Assembly (NCBI GenBank): GCA_946184295.1
Contig: CAMHEZ010000001.1
Span: 137,977-201,976 of the forward strand
Direction of reading: 5' to 3'
DNA from: an uncultured Clostridia bacterium
Lineage (GTDB): Bacteria; Bacillota; Clostridia; Oscillospirales; Acutalibacteraceae
DNA: 64,000 bases
Positions 9,020 through 16,881 of the stretch are shown here, piece after piece. The position numbers and the translations under genes were made by a program. The notes beneath the pieces were generated by a model, which was not told the DNA's origin, made no database searches, and saw nothing but the letters and a program-made list of their open reading frames with translations. Position 1 is the first letter of the stretch. Every line of letters starts with the position of its first letter.

Positions 9020-9343
9020 ATGGGATTTCCGGAAACCTTCAAGGCGCTGTCCGACCCGGTGCGACGGGAGATCCTGCTCATGCTGCGCAAGGGCCGCATG
9101 GCGGCGGGAGATATCGCATCGCGGTTTGACATGACCGCCGCGACCATTTCATACCACCTCAGCCAGCTCAAAAAGGCGGGGCTGGTGTATGAAACCCGGG
9201 AGAAAAATTTTATCTATTATTCGCTGAATGTCTCCGTGTTTGAAGAGCTGATGCTGTGGTTTAACCAATTTACCGGCGTGTCAGATGGCGAGACGTCGCA
9301 AGAGAGCGAAAGGGAGGAACATGGAAATGAATGCGACCAATAA
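9020..9343 (+). CDS. ArsR/SmtB-family (SdpR-like) autorepressor
   Basis: FKALSDPVRREILLMLRKGRMAAGDIASRFDMTAATISYHLSQLKKAGLV is a winged HTH. AGGAGG lies 8 nt upstream of this ATG. An alternative ATG is at 9014. Confidence 0.8.
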   Translation: MGFPETFKALSDPVRREILLMLRKGRMAAGDIASRFDMTAATISYHLSQLKKAGLVYETREKNFIYYSLNVSVFEELMLWFNQFTGVSDGETSQESEREEHGNECDQ

Positions 9344-9974
9344 CAGGAAGATTCTGACCAAAAGGGATGTGCTTACCGGGCTGATGTGTCTGCTTGGGAT
9401 GGCGCCAGGGCTGGCGTGCTGGCGCAGACTGCCGGACGAAATTCCGATTCACTGGGGTATTGACAACCAGCCCAACGGCTGGGGCAGCAAGGCTTTTGTG
9501 GTTTTCGGTCTGCCGCTGATGATGATTGTACTCCATCTGCTGTGCTGTCTGGCGGACAATCTTACTTATAAAGCGGATACGCAGCCCAAGGCGGTCAAGT
9601 GGCTTGTGCGGCTCATCATTCCCGTCATCACGCTTGTGTTGGAATGCGTGACCATGCTGTTTGTGCTGGATTTGTTTACCGATATCGGGCTGATTTGTTG
9701 TCTGCTGCTCGGCGTGCTGATGATTGTGCTGGGCAATTATATGCCCAAGACCCGCCCGAATCCCACTTTCGGCATCAAGCTGCCGTGGACACTGCATGAT
9801 GAGGATGTCTGGTGCAAGACCCACCGTCTGGCGGGATGGCTTATGGTGGCGGGCGGCATTGTCTTGATTGTGACGGCGTTTCTCCGGGCGTATGCGGTTG
9901 GATTTGTCGCCATGGTCGCGGCGATACTGGTTCCCGCGGTGTATTCCTACGTCATCAGCCGGAAAAAAGCATAA
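9321..9974 (+). CDS. SdpI/YhfL-family membrane protein with DUF1648 N-terminus
   Basis: Start MEMNATNN with AGGGAGG upstream. It has PDEIPIHWGIDNQPNGWGSK (DUF1648) followed by 4-5 TM. It overlaps the regulator's 3' end. Confidence 0.75.
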   Translation: MEMNATNNRKILTKRDVLTGLMCLLGMAPGLACWRRLPDEIPIHWGIDNQPNGWGSKAFVVFGLPLMMIVLHLLCCLADNLTYKADTQPKAVKWLVRLIIPVITLVLECVTMLFVLDLFTDIGLICCLLLGVLMIVLGNYMPKTRPNPTFGIKLPWTLHDEDVWCKTHRLAGWLMVAGGIVLIVTAFLRAYAVGFVAMVAAILVPAVYSYVISRKKA

Positions 9975-10039
9975 AACGAAGCCCTTACCAAACCAAAAAA
10001 CGGACTTGTCGGAAATTTCCGGCAGGTCCGTTTTGCGCG

Positions 10040-10588
10040 TTAAATGTCAATAAAGATGCCCTTGGATTTGAAGCGCTTCTCCTTGCGATTGATTTTCTTG
10101 AGGCGGAGCTTGAGCTTGCCGACCAGAATGTAGAGCAGCACCAGCAGCGCGAAGAGCAGGCAGAGCCACATCAGTCCCATGGTGTGGTTGCCGCCCATCT
10201 GCTCATAGATGTTCTGGCTGAGGAAGGTTTCGCCCGACGTGCGCAGCGACTGCGTGAGCTTGCTCATTTTGTCAAAAATGGCGAGCAGGTTGGCGATCAT
10301 ACCGACGCAAAGCCCCACGAAAAGCACGCTCAACACGCCGCTGACCGCGGCGCCCTGCTCGGAATCATGGATATCATAGGCCACCTTGGTGAGCGGACGC
10401 ATTTCCGATTCGGGGGGACGGAGCATGGCAAATTCGGCACGGCTGTCCATCACCGGCGGGGGATTGGGAAGAGCCTCGCCAGCTCCCGCGGCGGACGCGT
10501 TGGGTGCAGCGGCGGTCAGTTTCGCGCCGCACTGCCCGCAGAAGGCGTCTGTATCGGCGTTCTGAGCGCCGCATTTGGAACAATACAC
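10040..10588 (-). CDS. Zinc-ribbon membrane protein
   Basis: N-terminal MYCSKCGAQN..FCGQCGAKL (CxxC-x12-CxxC), a low-complexity linker and two TM helices. Confidence 0.7.
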   Translation of the reverse strand: MYCSKCGAQNADTDAFCGQCGAKLTAAAPNASAAGAGEALPNPPPVMDSRAEFAMLRPPESEMRPLTKVAYDIHDSEQGAAVSGVLSVLFVGLCVGMIANLLAIFDKMSKLTQSLRTSGETFLSQNIYEQMGGNHTMGLMWLCLLFALLVLLYILVGKLKLRLKKINRKEKRFKSKGIFIDI

Positions 10589-10615
10589 CTCGATTACCTC
10601 TCTTTCGTGATGAGA

Positions 10616-11083
10616 TTATTTTTTGCGGGGGATAAATCTGCGGCCCAGCCGCTTGCAGAGCATAACCAGCCCTACAATGCCGATGACGGTGAAGAGCACC
10701 ATGATGACAAGGAATATGATGTAGCCGGTCGTTTCACCCGTGCCCGAGTTGTTGCCGAAATAATTGTAGCTATCCGAGAGAGAATCCTGCATGTCCTGCG
10801 AGGAAGTGAACCATGCCTTGATGCCCTCGAGACTGTTGGTAAACAGCACATAGAGCCAGCCGGCGGCGGACGCGATGAGCGTCACGATGGGAGTCAGCAG
10901 GCCTTTGGGCTTGTCGGACGATGCGGAGGAAGGCGGCGGTGTCTGGGTGTCTTTGTGTTCCATCGCCAGCATGATGTCGTCCTTGGCCTCCTGCGCGGCG
11001 GCCAGAACCTCTACGGGCTTGCCGCAATTGGTGCAGAAGGCGGAACCGTTGGCTACCTCAGCACCGCAATGTTGACATTTCAT
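10616..11083 (-). CDS. Zinc-ribbon membrane protein
   Basis: Start MKCQHCGAEV..FCTNCGKPV, a linker and two TM helices. Same architecture as 10040..10588. Confidence 0.7.
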   Translation of the reverse strand: MKCQHCGAEVANGSAFCTNCGKPVEVLAAAQEAKDDIMLAMEHKDTQTPPPSSASSDKPKGLLTPIVTLIASAAGWLYVLFTNSLEGIKAWFTSSQDMQDSLSDSYNYFGNNSGTGETTGYIIFLVIMVLFTVIGIVGLVMLCKRLGRRFIPRKK

Positions 11084-11138
11084 AGGAAATATCCCCTTTC
11101 TGTGAATGAAGTGAAAATAGATGAGAATATACCTGCGC

Positions 11139-11939
11139 TTATTTTGTGGTAATGATTTCGTGGTCGGCACAGTATTCCTTGATGTTGTTGAGGTCGGTCA
11201 CGGAATCGGCGCTGCACAGCATATCATACAGCGTATCGGCGTAGCTGCGGTAAGTATTGGCCTTACCGGTGTAGAGACTGTTGAGCAGGCCGCTGTTGGT
11301 CGAGAGCCACTCATAGCGTTTGGCCATGTATTCGGTGTACCATACGAAATAGCAGCAGTCGTGGAAGAGCTTCTCCTCGTCGGTGTATTCGTCGCCCAAT
11401 ATCTCGTCGAATTTGCCGGTGTATTCTTCCAAAAAGCTGTAATTTTCGGCCTTGCCCTTCTGGGTCAGCAGGTCGTCGATCACTTCGTCAAAATTCGGGT
11501 TGCGCACGTCCTCCACCAGTGAGAGCATACGGGCGTATTTTTCATTGTCCACCTGCTCCACCGGCGAGGAGCGGAAGGGATTGCTCATAAACCACGCAGT
11601 TGCCCACACGCCCGACACGATGACAGCCACCAGCAGGATACTGCCGATTGCGGCCTTGACGATGGTCTTGACCATTTTCTTTTTGCTTTTTTCCGGCAGT
11701 GGGGCGATGACGATCGTCGGCGCGAGCGGACGGGTGTCCTCCTGCTCCTGCGGCGGTGCGGAAGTGCCTGCGCCGCCGTAAGTACCGTTTGACGAGCCGC
11801 CCGAAGCGCCCGATGCTGCCTGATCGGTTTCATAACCCGGTGCGGCGGAGTCCGCGTCGGCCGGGACCGGCGCGCCGCAGCCGGTGCAGAATTTGAGGCC
11901 GCCGCGCAGTTCTTTCCCGCATTTTGCACAAAATGCCAT
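11139..11939 (-). CDS. Zinc-ribbon, single-pass membrane protein with extracytoplasmic domain
   Basis: MAFCAKCGKEL..FCTGCGAPV, a Gly/Ser/Pro linker, one TM and a 150-aa C-terminal domain. GGGAGGAATG RBS. Confidence 0.7.
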   Translation of the reverse strand: MAFCAKCGKELRGGLKFCTGCGAPVPADADSAAPGYETDQAASGASGGSSNGTYGGAGTSAPPQEQEDTRPLAPTIVIAPLPEKSKKKMVKTIVKAAIGSILLVAVIVSGVWATAWFMSNPFRSSPVEQVDNEKYARMLSLVEDVRNPNFDEVIDDLLTQKGKAENYSFLEEYTGKFDEILGDEYTDEEKLFHDCCYFVWYTEYMAKRYEWLSTNSGLLNSLYTGKANTYRSYADTLYDMLCSADSVTDLNNIKEYCADHEIITTK

Positions 11940-12109
11940 GGAGACATTCCTCCCAGTGAAACGTTGAGATCACGCGTGATCTCAACACATTTCTGAAATT
12001 TCCTGATTGCGATAAAATATCAATTATATTATGACACAAATGATTAAAAACGTCAACCGGTTCCGGCAAGATTTGTCAATATTGCCGTGGCTTTTTTGCG
12101 AGATATATT

Positions 12110-13756
12110 TTATTCGACAAAACGGCAGTTGGTGAAATCCGCCGCGCCGTCAAATGGTGAAAAGTAAATGCCGGAAACCGTGGGGCGCATAACGAAATAG
12201 GTCACCTCATAATAGACGGGGTAGAAGATGACATAGGTGTTCAGGTATTTTTCCGCCGCCGCCATCGCCGCCAGAATATCCTCAGTATTGCTGCGGGCCG
12301 ATGCCTTGGCGACCAGTGCGTCATAGGCGGGATGTTCCAGAAAGGCGGGGTTGGATGAGGCGGTTGATGTAAAGCGGCTGAGCGTGTTGAGCGGGTCGTC
12401 CTTGGTGGGCGCGATGGGGTAGAAGGCGATCTGATAGTTGCCCAGGCTGATGCGGGATTGAAGGGTTTCCATATCGAGCGGTTCGATGTTGGCGTAAACA
12501 TACAGATATTCCTGCCACAGGTGCATGATGTTATACATCAGGTTCTTGATTTCCTCGTCGTCGGGGCAGATCAGCGTGATATTGGGCATTCGCGTGAGTT
12601 CCACGGAGGACAGGGCCTTGTTCATGGAGGAACGGGCGGTCTCGGGGTCAAAGGTCTCCCGGAAGCCGCCGCCGGCCAATTCGCGGTAAAGCTGACCGTT
12701 GAGATGGGTGGAGGGGGGAATGATGTCATTGGCAGCCTCGAAGCCGTAGGGAATCAGGCTCTTGCCCTTGTCATCGACGCAGGCCTGCTGCACGCACGAC
12801 ATGAAGGCGCGGCGCACGTTGGTCAGCCCGATGGCGGGCTTCTGGGTGTTAAAGAGGAAGCCCCAGGTGGTATCGGTGACAGTGGTGTACTTGTAATCGG
12901 TGTCCTTGAGCTTGGCGATGTCTTCCGTCGCGATGACGGCAGACTCCACGGTTTCATTTTCCAGAAGGGAAAAATAATTGGTGTCGGAACTGCGGATACC
13001 AAAATAGAGAATACGGGGGGACACCTTGTTATAGCCGACATAATTTTCATTGCGTATGGTTCGAACATAGTTATCGTGCGACCATTTGGTGATTTTAAAA
13101 GGGCCGTTGCTCAGAATATATTCACTGTCGGTTCCGTAATCCAGACCGTAATGTCCGTGGGTGCTTTCAAAAAATGCCTGATGACAGGGCATAAAAACCG
13201 CGTTCGGGGTTTGCAGCACAAATTCGGCATAGGAATATTCCATTGAAACCTTCAGGGTGTAGTCATCAATCACGGTGACGCCGAGCGATTCCTTCTCGGC
13301 GGAGCCTTCATTGACGGCGCGGGCATTCTTGATGGGGAAGAGCTGGGAGCAGGTGGGGGATCTGGTGGCGGGGTCGAGTGCGCGCTGCCACGCGAACACG
13401 AAATCCTGCGCCGTCACCGGTGTGCCGGCTTCGTCCGACCACTTTGCGTCGTGCCGCAGCCGGAAGGTGTACTCGGTATATTCGGCATTGCTGCTCCATT
13501 CTTCCGCCACGCCGGGAATGATGCTGCCGTTCTGGTCGTAGCGGGTCAGCCCCTCGAAAATGTTGCGGATTACCAGCAGGGAATTGTTGTCGGAAGCCAT
13601 CTGGGGGTCGAGGTTGCGGGGTTCGCTGGTGAGGGAATAGCTGATGGCCTTGTTGGTGCCGTCGTCGCTGCTGCACGCTGTCAGCGTGGTCAGCATGGAC
13701 GCCAGCAGGCACGCGCTGAGCAGCAGCGCGATGATCTTTTTTGCGTATGTTTTCAT
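12110..13756 (-). CDS. ABC transporter substrate-binding lipoprotein, family 5 (OppA/DppA-like)
   Basis: Signal peptide plus lipobox LTTLTAC, then SLTSEPRNLDPQ...NIFEGLTRYD typical of peptide/nickel SBPs. GAGGAGTGAGG RBS. No permease or ATPase genes are adjacent. Confidence 0.85.
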   Translation of the reverse strand: MKTYAKKIIALLLSACLLASMLTTLTACSSDDGTNKAISYSLTSEPRNLDPQMASDNNSLLVIRNIFEGLTRYDQNGSIIPGVAEEWSSNAEYTEYTFRLRHDAKWSDEAGTPVTAQDFVFAWQRALDPATRSPTCSQLFPIKNARAVNEGSAEKESLGVTVIDDYTLKVSMEYSYAEFVLQTPNAVFMPCHQAFFESTHGHYGLDYGTDSEYILSNGPFKITKWSHDNYVRTIRNENYVGYNKVSPRILYFGIRSSDTNYFSLLENETVESAVIATEDIAKLKDTDYKYTTVTDTTWGFLFNTQKPAIGLTNVRRAFMSCVQQACVDDKGKSLIPYGFEAANDIIPPSTHLNGQLYRELAGGGFRETFDPETARSSMNKALSSVELTRMPNITLICPDDEEIKNLMYNIMHLWQEYLYVYANIEPLDMETLQSRISLGNYQIAFYPIAPTKDDPLNTLSRFTSTASSNPAFLEHPAYDALVAKASARSNTEDILAAMAAAEKYLNTYVIFYPVYYEVTYFVMRPTVSGIYFSPFDGAADFTNCRFVE

Positions 13757-13794
13757 GGGACAATCCTCACTCCTCACGCCTGCCCTCTGCCATG

Positions 13795-14541
13795 TTATGG
13801 CTTCTCAAAGTGCCATTCGCCGTTGTCCGAATCACGGCGCAGTTCCATGCTCACGCCGTGTTCAGCGATGTGATCCTGGAAATCGTTGTTCATGTCGCCC
13901 AAAATCTCCACGCTCACACCGTGAGCGTCGGGGCAGATCCGGAAACCCGTTACCGCAAGCGTGTCGCGAATGGTTTCTATGGAAATCAGCTCTCCGGCTT
14001 CGTTACGGATATCCTCGCTGTCGTAGACTTCCTTGATGTACTCGCAGCAGGCTGTGACAATTTCTTCTTCACGGTCATAGGCGGCGGTCAACGCTTCGCT
14101 GATTTTGGGGAAGACTCGTTCGGGGACGCTGCCGTCTTCCATATCAACAGAGAGGCTGTACGGTTTTTTTCCGCCATAGGACGGCAGGTCACAAGAGACT
14201 GATTCCAGTGCAAGCCGCTTCGTATCATAATCAAACACAAACTTCCCGAATCGTTCATCTTCCCAAGTGACCTGCCGGACATATTTCTTGCGGTAACGGT
14301 CGCGCTGGTAAGCCTCAATCTGATCGGAAATCCACACATACGCAGCTGTGATTAAGAACCACATAACAATCATGATGAGGATAATCCACCAATATTCCTT
14401 CAACTCCGGCGCGATAGTATGCCGGAATAACCTCGGTCGGCAGAGAATATAGAAACAAATCTCCAGAAGCAGCACCGAAACCCACAGCCAGAACACGATT
14501 TTTTTGATGATTTTCCAGATCGCTTTGAGAATCTTCATCAC
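13795..14541 (-). CDS. Hypothetical membrane protein (3 TM plus 150-aa cytoplasmic domain)
   Basis: 248-aa ORF with a GTG start 9 nt after GGAAGGA. I recognise no family. Confidence 0.5.
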   Translation of the reverse strand: MMKILKAIWKIIKKIVFWLWVSVLLLEICFYILCRPRLFRHTIAPELKEYWWIILIMIVMWFLITAAYVWISDQIEAYQRDRYRKKYVRQVTWEDERFGKFVFDYDTKRLALESVSCDLPSYGGKKPYSLSVDMEDGSVPERVFPKISEALTAAYDREEEIVTACCEYIKEVYDSEDIRNEAGELISIETIRDTLAVTGFRICPDAHGVSVEILGDMNNDFQDHIAEHGVSMELRRDSDNGEWHFEKP

Positions 14542-14628
14542 GAAACACAGTCCTTCCGCACGATAGCATATGCTAAAGACATTTTAACGCAAATCCACTG
14601 GCATTGCAAGAGGAATCTTGTAAAAATC

Positions 14629-14700
14629 GCCGGGCGGGGTCTTGTCGCTTTGACAAAGCCCCGTCGGGCGATTCGGTTTATTTCATTTATTGGGCTATCG
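14629..14700 (-). repeat. Terminator-hairpin repeat, copy A (with remnant of an XRE gene 3' end)
   Basis: 52 nt (14635-14686) are identical to 15791-15842. The hairpin is GGGGTCTTGTC-GCTTT-GACAAAGCCCC, and a T-run follows on the minus strand. Confidence 0.75.
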
Positions 14701-14707
14701 TGGTTAG

Positions 14708-15688
14708 TCACGCATGGGAAAGAGCCATGTTCAGATACTGTTGGGCTTCGTCTTGGGTTATCGGGAACTTATGGGTGATTCTCACAAGGATATCGTGATT
14801 ATCCAACCCCAGATCACGACATATTTCAATGGCTCCAAGAATGCCTTTTTCCATGCCTTCTGCCATGCCCTCTGCTTTGGCGTCAAATCTCATTTCTTCA
14901 ATGGCAGCACACATATCGATGGTCTCCTTTCCTTCCTCATATGGCAGGTCTGAGCCGGTTACAATATTCAGCATATCGGCGGTCTTTCTGGAAACGTGCC
15001 GATATGCCTTATCTTCTTGTACCAGCTGCCGCAGCTGATTCTTGTCCAGCGATTTCTTCATAAACTGTAACGCAATGCGCAGTTCGGTGTGGAATTTACC
15101 AAATTCCGTATCCGGTATCTGTGCGGGCGCAATCAGATGGAGATGATAATTATCCACAAAGCGCAGGATATCGGCGTTCCCTGACAGCATTCCGTACAGG
15201 TCGGTGGGCGCCGTCCACGGCTCTGCGCTGAAATACAGCGTCAGCGTAATCACGGGCAGCAATTTGTCCGTGCGGTAAAATCCCGATAGAAATTCCGCGC
15301 CGGTTTCAGGTTTTGCCCCGTCACGACGGTGAGATTTTGCCGCCGATTCTACCTGTGACGCATATTGCATCACGTCATACAGCATATTCCGCACGGGCAT
15401 CGCATAGTGAATCTGCGATTGATTTTCGATACCTAACAGCAGATAAGCGGCTTTGTCATCCTGCATCACTGTCACCATTTTCAGAATATCCCTGTATTTC
15501 TGAATGGGAACGGCCTGACCGTTTTCCCCATAAGGCAGTACAATCGCGGTAGTATCTACCGGTTTGAGCTGTTCGGGTTTGATTCTTTGCTCGCCGTCGT
15601 AAAGCAGAAAATTGAACGCATCCGCAAATAACGCGCTGTCCTGCATATAATTTTTCGTGACGATATCTTTGTCGCCCATCGCTGTCAC
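14708..15688 (-). CDS. Rpn-family recombination-promoting nuclease / putative transposase (PD-(D/E)XK, YhgA-like)
   Basis: 326 aa with DIVTKNYMQD..FADAFNFLLY...LLLGIENQSQIHYAMPVRNMLY, the characteristic Rpn/Transposase_31 core. GTG start at 15688, alternative ATG at 15679. Confidence 0.8.
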   Translation of the reverse strand: MTAMGDKDIVTKNYMQDSALFADAFNFLLYDGEQRIKPEQLKPVDTTAIVLPYGENGQAVPIQKYRDILKMVTVMQDDKAAYLLLGIENQSQIHYAMPVRNMLYDVMQYASQVESAAKSHRRDGAKPETGAEFLSGFYRTDKLLPVITLTLYFSAEPWTAPTDLYGMLSGNADILRFVDNYHLHLIAPAQIPDTEFGKFHTELRIALQFMKKSLDKNQLRQLVQEDKAYRHVSRKTADMLNIVTGSDLPYEEGKETIDMCAAIEEMRFDAKAEGMAEGMEKGILGAIEICRDLGLDNHDILVRITHKFPITQDEAQQYLNMALSHA

Positions 15689-15784
15689 TTTCCTTCCCGC
15701 TGTTCATTATATCGCTTTTTTCACCGACTGTCAAGCGCATGATGTCAAGTGAAACCGGTTGGAAATCATTCCAAAAAACCAAAA

Positions 15785-15856
15785 GCCCGGCGGGGTCTTG
15801 TCGCTTTGACAAAGCCCCGTCGGGCGATTCGGTTTATTTCATCTGTCGGGCAATCC
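15785..15856 (-). repeat. Terminator-hairpin repeat, copy B (terminator of XRE gene 2)
   Basis: See copy A. It includes the real stop and last codons (GIARQMK*) of 15834..16142. Confidence 0.75.
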
Positions 15857-16142
15857 CCATCAGCAGTTCCAGCTGTGTGCGGGTAAGCGGTTTGAGGGTA
15901 TCCAATACTTCATGGAGAGTGTGCGGGTTATCCATATCCTCGGTAAAGAAATCTTTGGGCTGGATTTCCAGAAATTCGCAGATATGCAGAAACATCTGCA
16001 TAGAGGGCAGGGCTTTATGGTTTTCAATATTGTTGATATAACTTTGGCTTTGTCCCAGTGACAAGCTCATATCCCTTGCAGAAATATTCTTTTGTATCCT
16101 GAGCATGGCAATTCGATTGCCAATAAAATCCGAAGAAATCAT
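15834..16142 (-). CDS. XRE-family helix-turn-helix regulator 2
   Basis: IGNRIAMLRIQKNISARDMSLSLGQSQSYINNIENHKALPSMQMF is a Cro/C1 HTH. ATG at 16142 (AGGCGG 9 nt upstream), alternative GTG at 16151. The locus is AT-rich. Confidence 0.8.
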   Translation of the reverse strand: MISSDFIGNRIAMLRIQKNISARDMSLSLGQSQSYINNIENHKALPSMQMFLHICEFLEIQPKDFFTEDMDNPHTLHEVLDTLKPLTRTQLELLMGIARQMK

Positions 16143-16213
16143 ACACGTCACCGCCTATGTATGATTATAAACCATATATTCTTAATTATACCTATTTATT
16201 ATTTCAATATGTA

Positions 16214-16242
16214 TTGACATAACAATTAAAAATAGGTAAAAT
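16214..16242 (+). promoter_or_regulatory. Sigma-A type promoter of SLOG paralog 2
   Basis: TTGACA (16214-16219), 17 nt, TAAAAT (16237-16242). A 9-bp inverted repeat TACCTATTT (16189-16197) / AAATAGGTA (16230-16238) brackets it. Confidence 0.6.
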
Positions 16243-16272
16243 AAGTATATATATCAACTGAAAGTCGATGCA

Positions 16273-16683
16273 ATGGCGGAGGATGACAATGAATATTTAT
16301 ACCGTCAGTTTTTTCGGAAAGAATATGTGCAATTTTTAGTGGGACGGGAAGGGGCATTTGATTTGATGGTTTCATCAGTTATCAAACGAATCATCACAGA
16401 TTATGGTGATGGAAATGCTTCTTTGATTTTGGTGCTGCCATATATGAAAGCAGAATACCGGGATAACAGAAGAAATTTTCACAATTACTATCATGACGTG
16501 GAAATATGTGAAGCATCAGCCAAAGCACATTACAAGTTGGCTATCCAAATACGCAATCGAAATATGGTTGACCGTTCCGATCTCGTGATATGTTGCATAC
16601 AACATCAAAGTGGCGGCGCATACAAAACCGTGCAATACGCGAAAAAGAAAAATTGTCCCATCATTTATCTAGGGAAACGCTGA
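16273..16683 (+). CDS. SLOG-superfamily DUF1273 (YpsA-like) protein, paralog 2; the 5' end appears frame-broken
   Basis: FLVGREGAFD...SGGAYKTVQYAKKKNCPIIYLG parallels paralog 1. The only good RBS (GGAGG 16277-16281) serves an ATG at 16289 in another frame (MNIYTVSFFGKNMCNF*). Confidence 0.6.
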   Translation: MAEDDNEYLYRQFFRKEYVQFLVGREGAFDLMVSSVIKRIITDYGDGNASLILVLPYMKAEYRDNRRNFHNYYHDVEICEASAKAHYKLAIQIRNRNMVDRSDLVICCIQHQSGGAYKTVQYAKKKNCPIIYLGKR

Positions 16684-16788
16684 ATAAGTCGATTCTCGCA
16701 CCGCTCAAAGACGTATCCTCGCGGCGCGGAATCGACGGCGATGCCTTTATTCAGCGTATCGCTAGAACATAGTTGGTAATAAAAAATC

Positions 16789-16829
16789 GCCCGGCGGGGT
16801 CTTGTCGCTCTGACAAAGCCCCGTCGGGC
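16789..16829 (-). repeat. Terminator-hairpin repeat, copy C (terminator of ilvD)
   Basis: GCCCGGCGGGGTCTTGTCGCTCTGACAAAGCCCCGTCGGGC has one loop mismatch to copies A and B. On the minus strand, gcga + T6 follows the hairpin. Confidence 0.7.
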
Positions 16830-16881
16830 ATATGATGTTATATGGCAGATATGGCAGCAGAACCTGCCCGACAGCTCGGAA

